Positions 48,590-49,350 of a stretch of 49,350 nt of DNA are shown here, piece by piece (within the stretch, counting starts at the first letter, position 1; the number at the start of each line of letters is the position of its first letter). Under the pieces are notes generated by a model, which was not told the origin of the DNA, ran no database searches, and saw nothing but the letters and a program-made list of their open reading frames with translations. The translations under genes and the position numbers were made by a program. The DNA is taken from the sequence record DRR378314_99. One strand, 5' to 3'.

Positions 48590-48906
48590 TAGGGCACAGT
48601 TAATGTTCGCATTGGCCAAAGACGAACGGGAATGTATCATTCGTCAAGCTGAACTGTGTTCCACCATTGTTCCGCATCACGCCCAAACTTATGCGTTCGA
48701 TCCAGTTGGGCCAACGAGGTCGTGCCATCAATGCACAACAGGGCGTCAAATTTTGCCGGAAACTCAAGTTAACCGAGCAACAACAGAAACTTGCCCGCAA
48801 GCACATGGCCAACAGTGAAATGTATCGGGCCATCGCGCTCGATCTGAACGTTGCGCATACCACCAATTCAAGTCTGCGTTGGTCTGCAGGTCTCAAACGT
48901 CGCTAA
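48590..48906 (+). pseudogene. Serine resolvase/invertase C-terminal remnant
   Basis: FALAKDERECII (helix E), then RGRA...GVKFCRKLKLTEQQQKLAR...RAIALDLNVAHTT (GRK linker plus HTH). Interrupted, and the catalytic N-terminus is missing. Confidence 0.72.
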
Positions 48907-49051
48907 GCAAGCGGCTCATAAAAACGCTGTAAGTACGCCAAAAACCTAAGTGATTGAGAACTATAGACGTTGAGTCTCAATAATTCGGTCTCATTGTTTA
49001 AGTATTCCGACAGCTTTTGTCGGATCACCTAATTGGTGAGACAGCGGCTGT

Positions 49052-49166
49052 AACAAAATCAGCTACTTATGAATTTGAATTTCTGGGCCTCTGGAATTCA
49101 TGAATCTCGAGCTGACTAACGAAAAGCAGCCCTTGGCTTGGAGCGCAGAGAATCGTCGCGAAGAGC
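49052..49166 (+). repeat. About 115 bp diverged direct repeat, copy 2
   Basis: Aligns with 39639-39754; the exact 24-mer is at 49143-49166. Confidence 0.8.
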
Positions 49167-49350
49167 CATAGTTCCGGATGCTGCACCTTGCACCAGTGGC
49201 TGCGAAGCGCTGATTGCTGACATTGGCGTTGATCAGGACAGCCCAAAGCTGCCAATTGACCACATCGTCGGTGCTGCAGAGCAACTTTGCCAACGCGGAT
49301 GGGGTGGATAGCTCCTGCTCCACCCGGCGTCGCAATGCGCCATACTGCAG

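Noticed and set aside
49063-49350. Minus-strand ORF running in from the window edge
   Set aside because: Its 3' half reads through the repeat element, and the remainder is too short to assign.
1-49350. CRISPR arrays, tRNA/rRNA genes, anti-phage defence or retron-like systems
   Set aside because: No regularly spaced repeats, cloverleaf structures, or nuclease/reverse transcriptase/defence ATPase motifs were seen; all long ORFs are explained by metabolic, transport or regulatory families.

Overview
This 49 kb window is an accessory catabolic mosaic. Gene content and style suggest a Rhodobacteraceae/Roseobacter-type alphaproteobacterium (inference). It has four intact metabolic blocks separated by decayed mobile elements. 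(1) 0.75-14.9 kb: an inositol cluster with iolD-iolC-iolB-class II aldolase, a divergent dehydrogenase/IolE-like/dehydrogenase operon, a LacI regulator with two perfect TTGCAACCGGTTGCAA palindromes, IolG, a sugar ABC transporter and an IolI-like protein. (2) 15.1-23.3 kb: a second iolD/iolE pair with its own RpiR regulator. It has no IolB/IolC/IolJ and is instead coupled to an aldehyde dehydrogenase, an HpcH aldolase, a D-2-hydroxyacid dehydrogenase and a Gfo/Idh/MocA enzyme. This is the best candidate for an undescribed, possibly non-phosphorylative cyclitol pathway. (3) 26.7-38.6 kb: two convergent GcvT-family (dimethylglycine dehydrogenase-like) flavoproteins with GlxA and RpiR regulators, a broken BKACE gene and a TAXI-TRAP transporter plus USP. 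(4) 39.9-48.2 kb: a TctCBA transporter with an enolase-superfamily dehydratase, an AraD-like dehydratase, GntR, a PdxA-family protein and a KGSA dehydrogenase. It resembles the L-lyxonate (lower ascorbate) route to 2-oxoglutarate and is flanked by ~115 bp diverged direct repeats. Between the blocks lie remnants of IS6, IS21, IS110, ISKra4, a serine resolvase, acs and a gntR, plus an intact Hint-domain protein and a lipoprotein. No rRNA, tRNA or CRISPR array was seen. All family assignments come from motif recognition by eye; no database searches were run.
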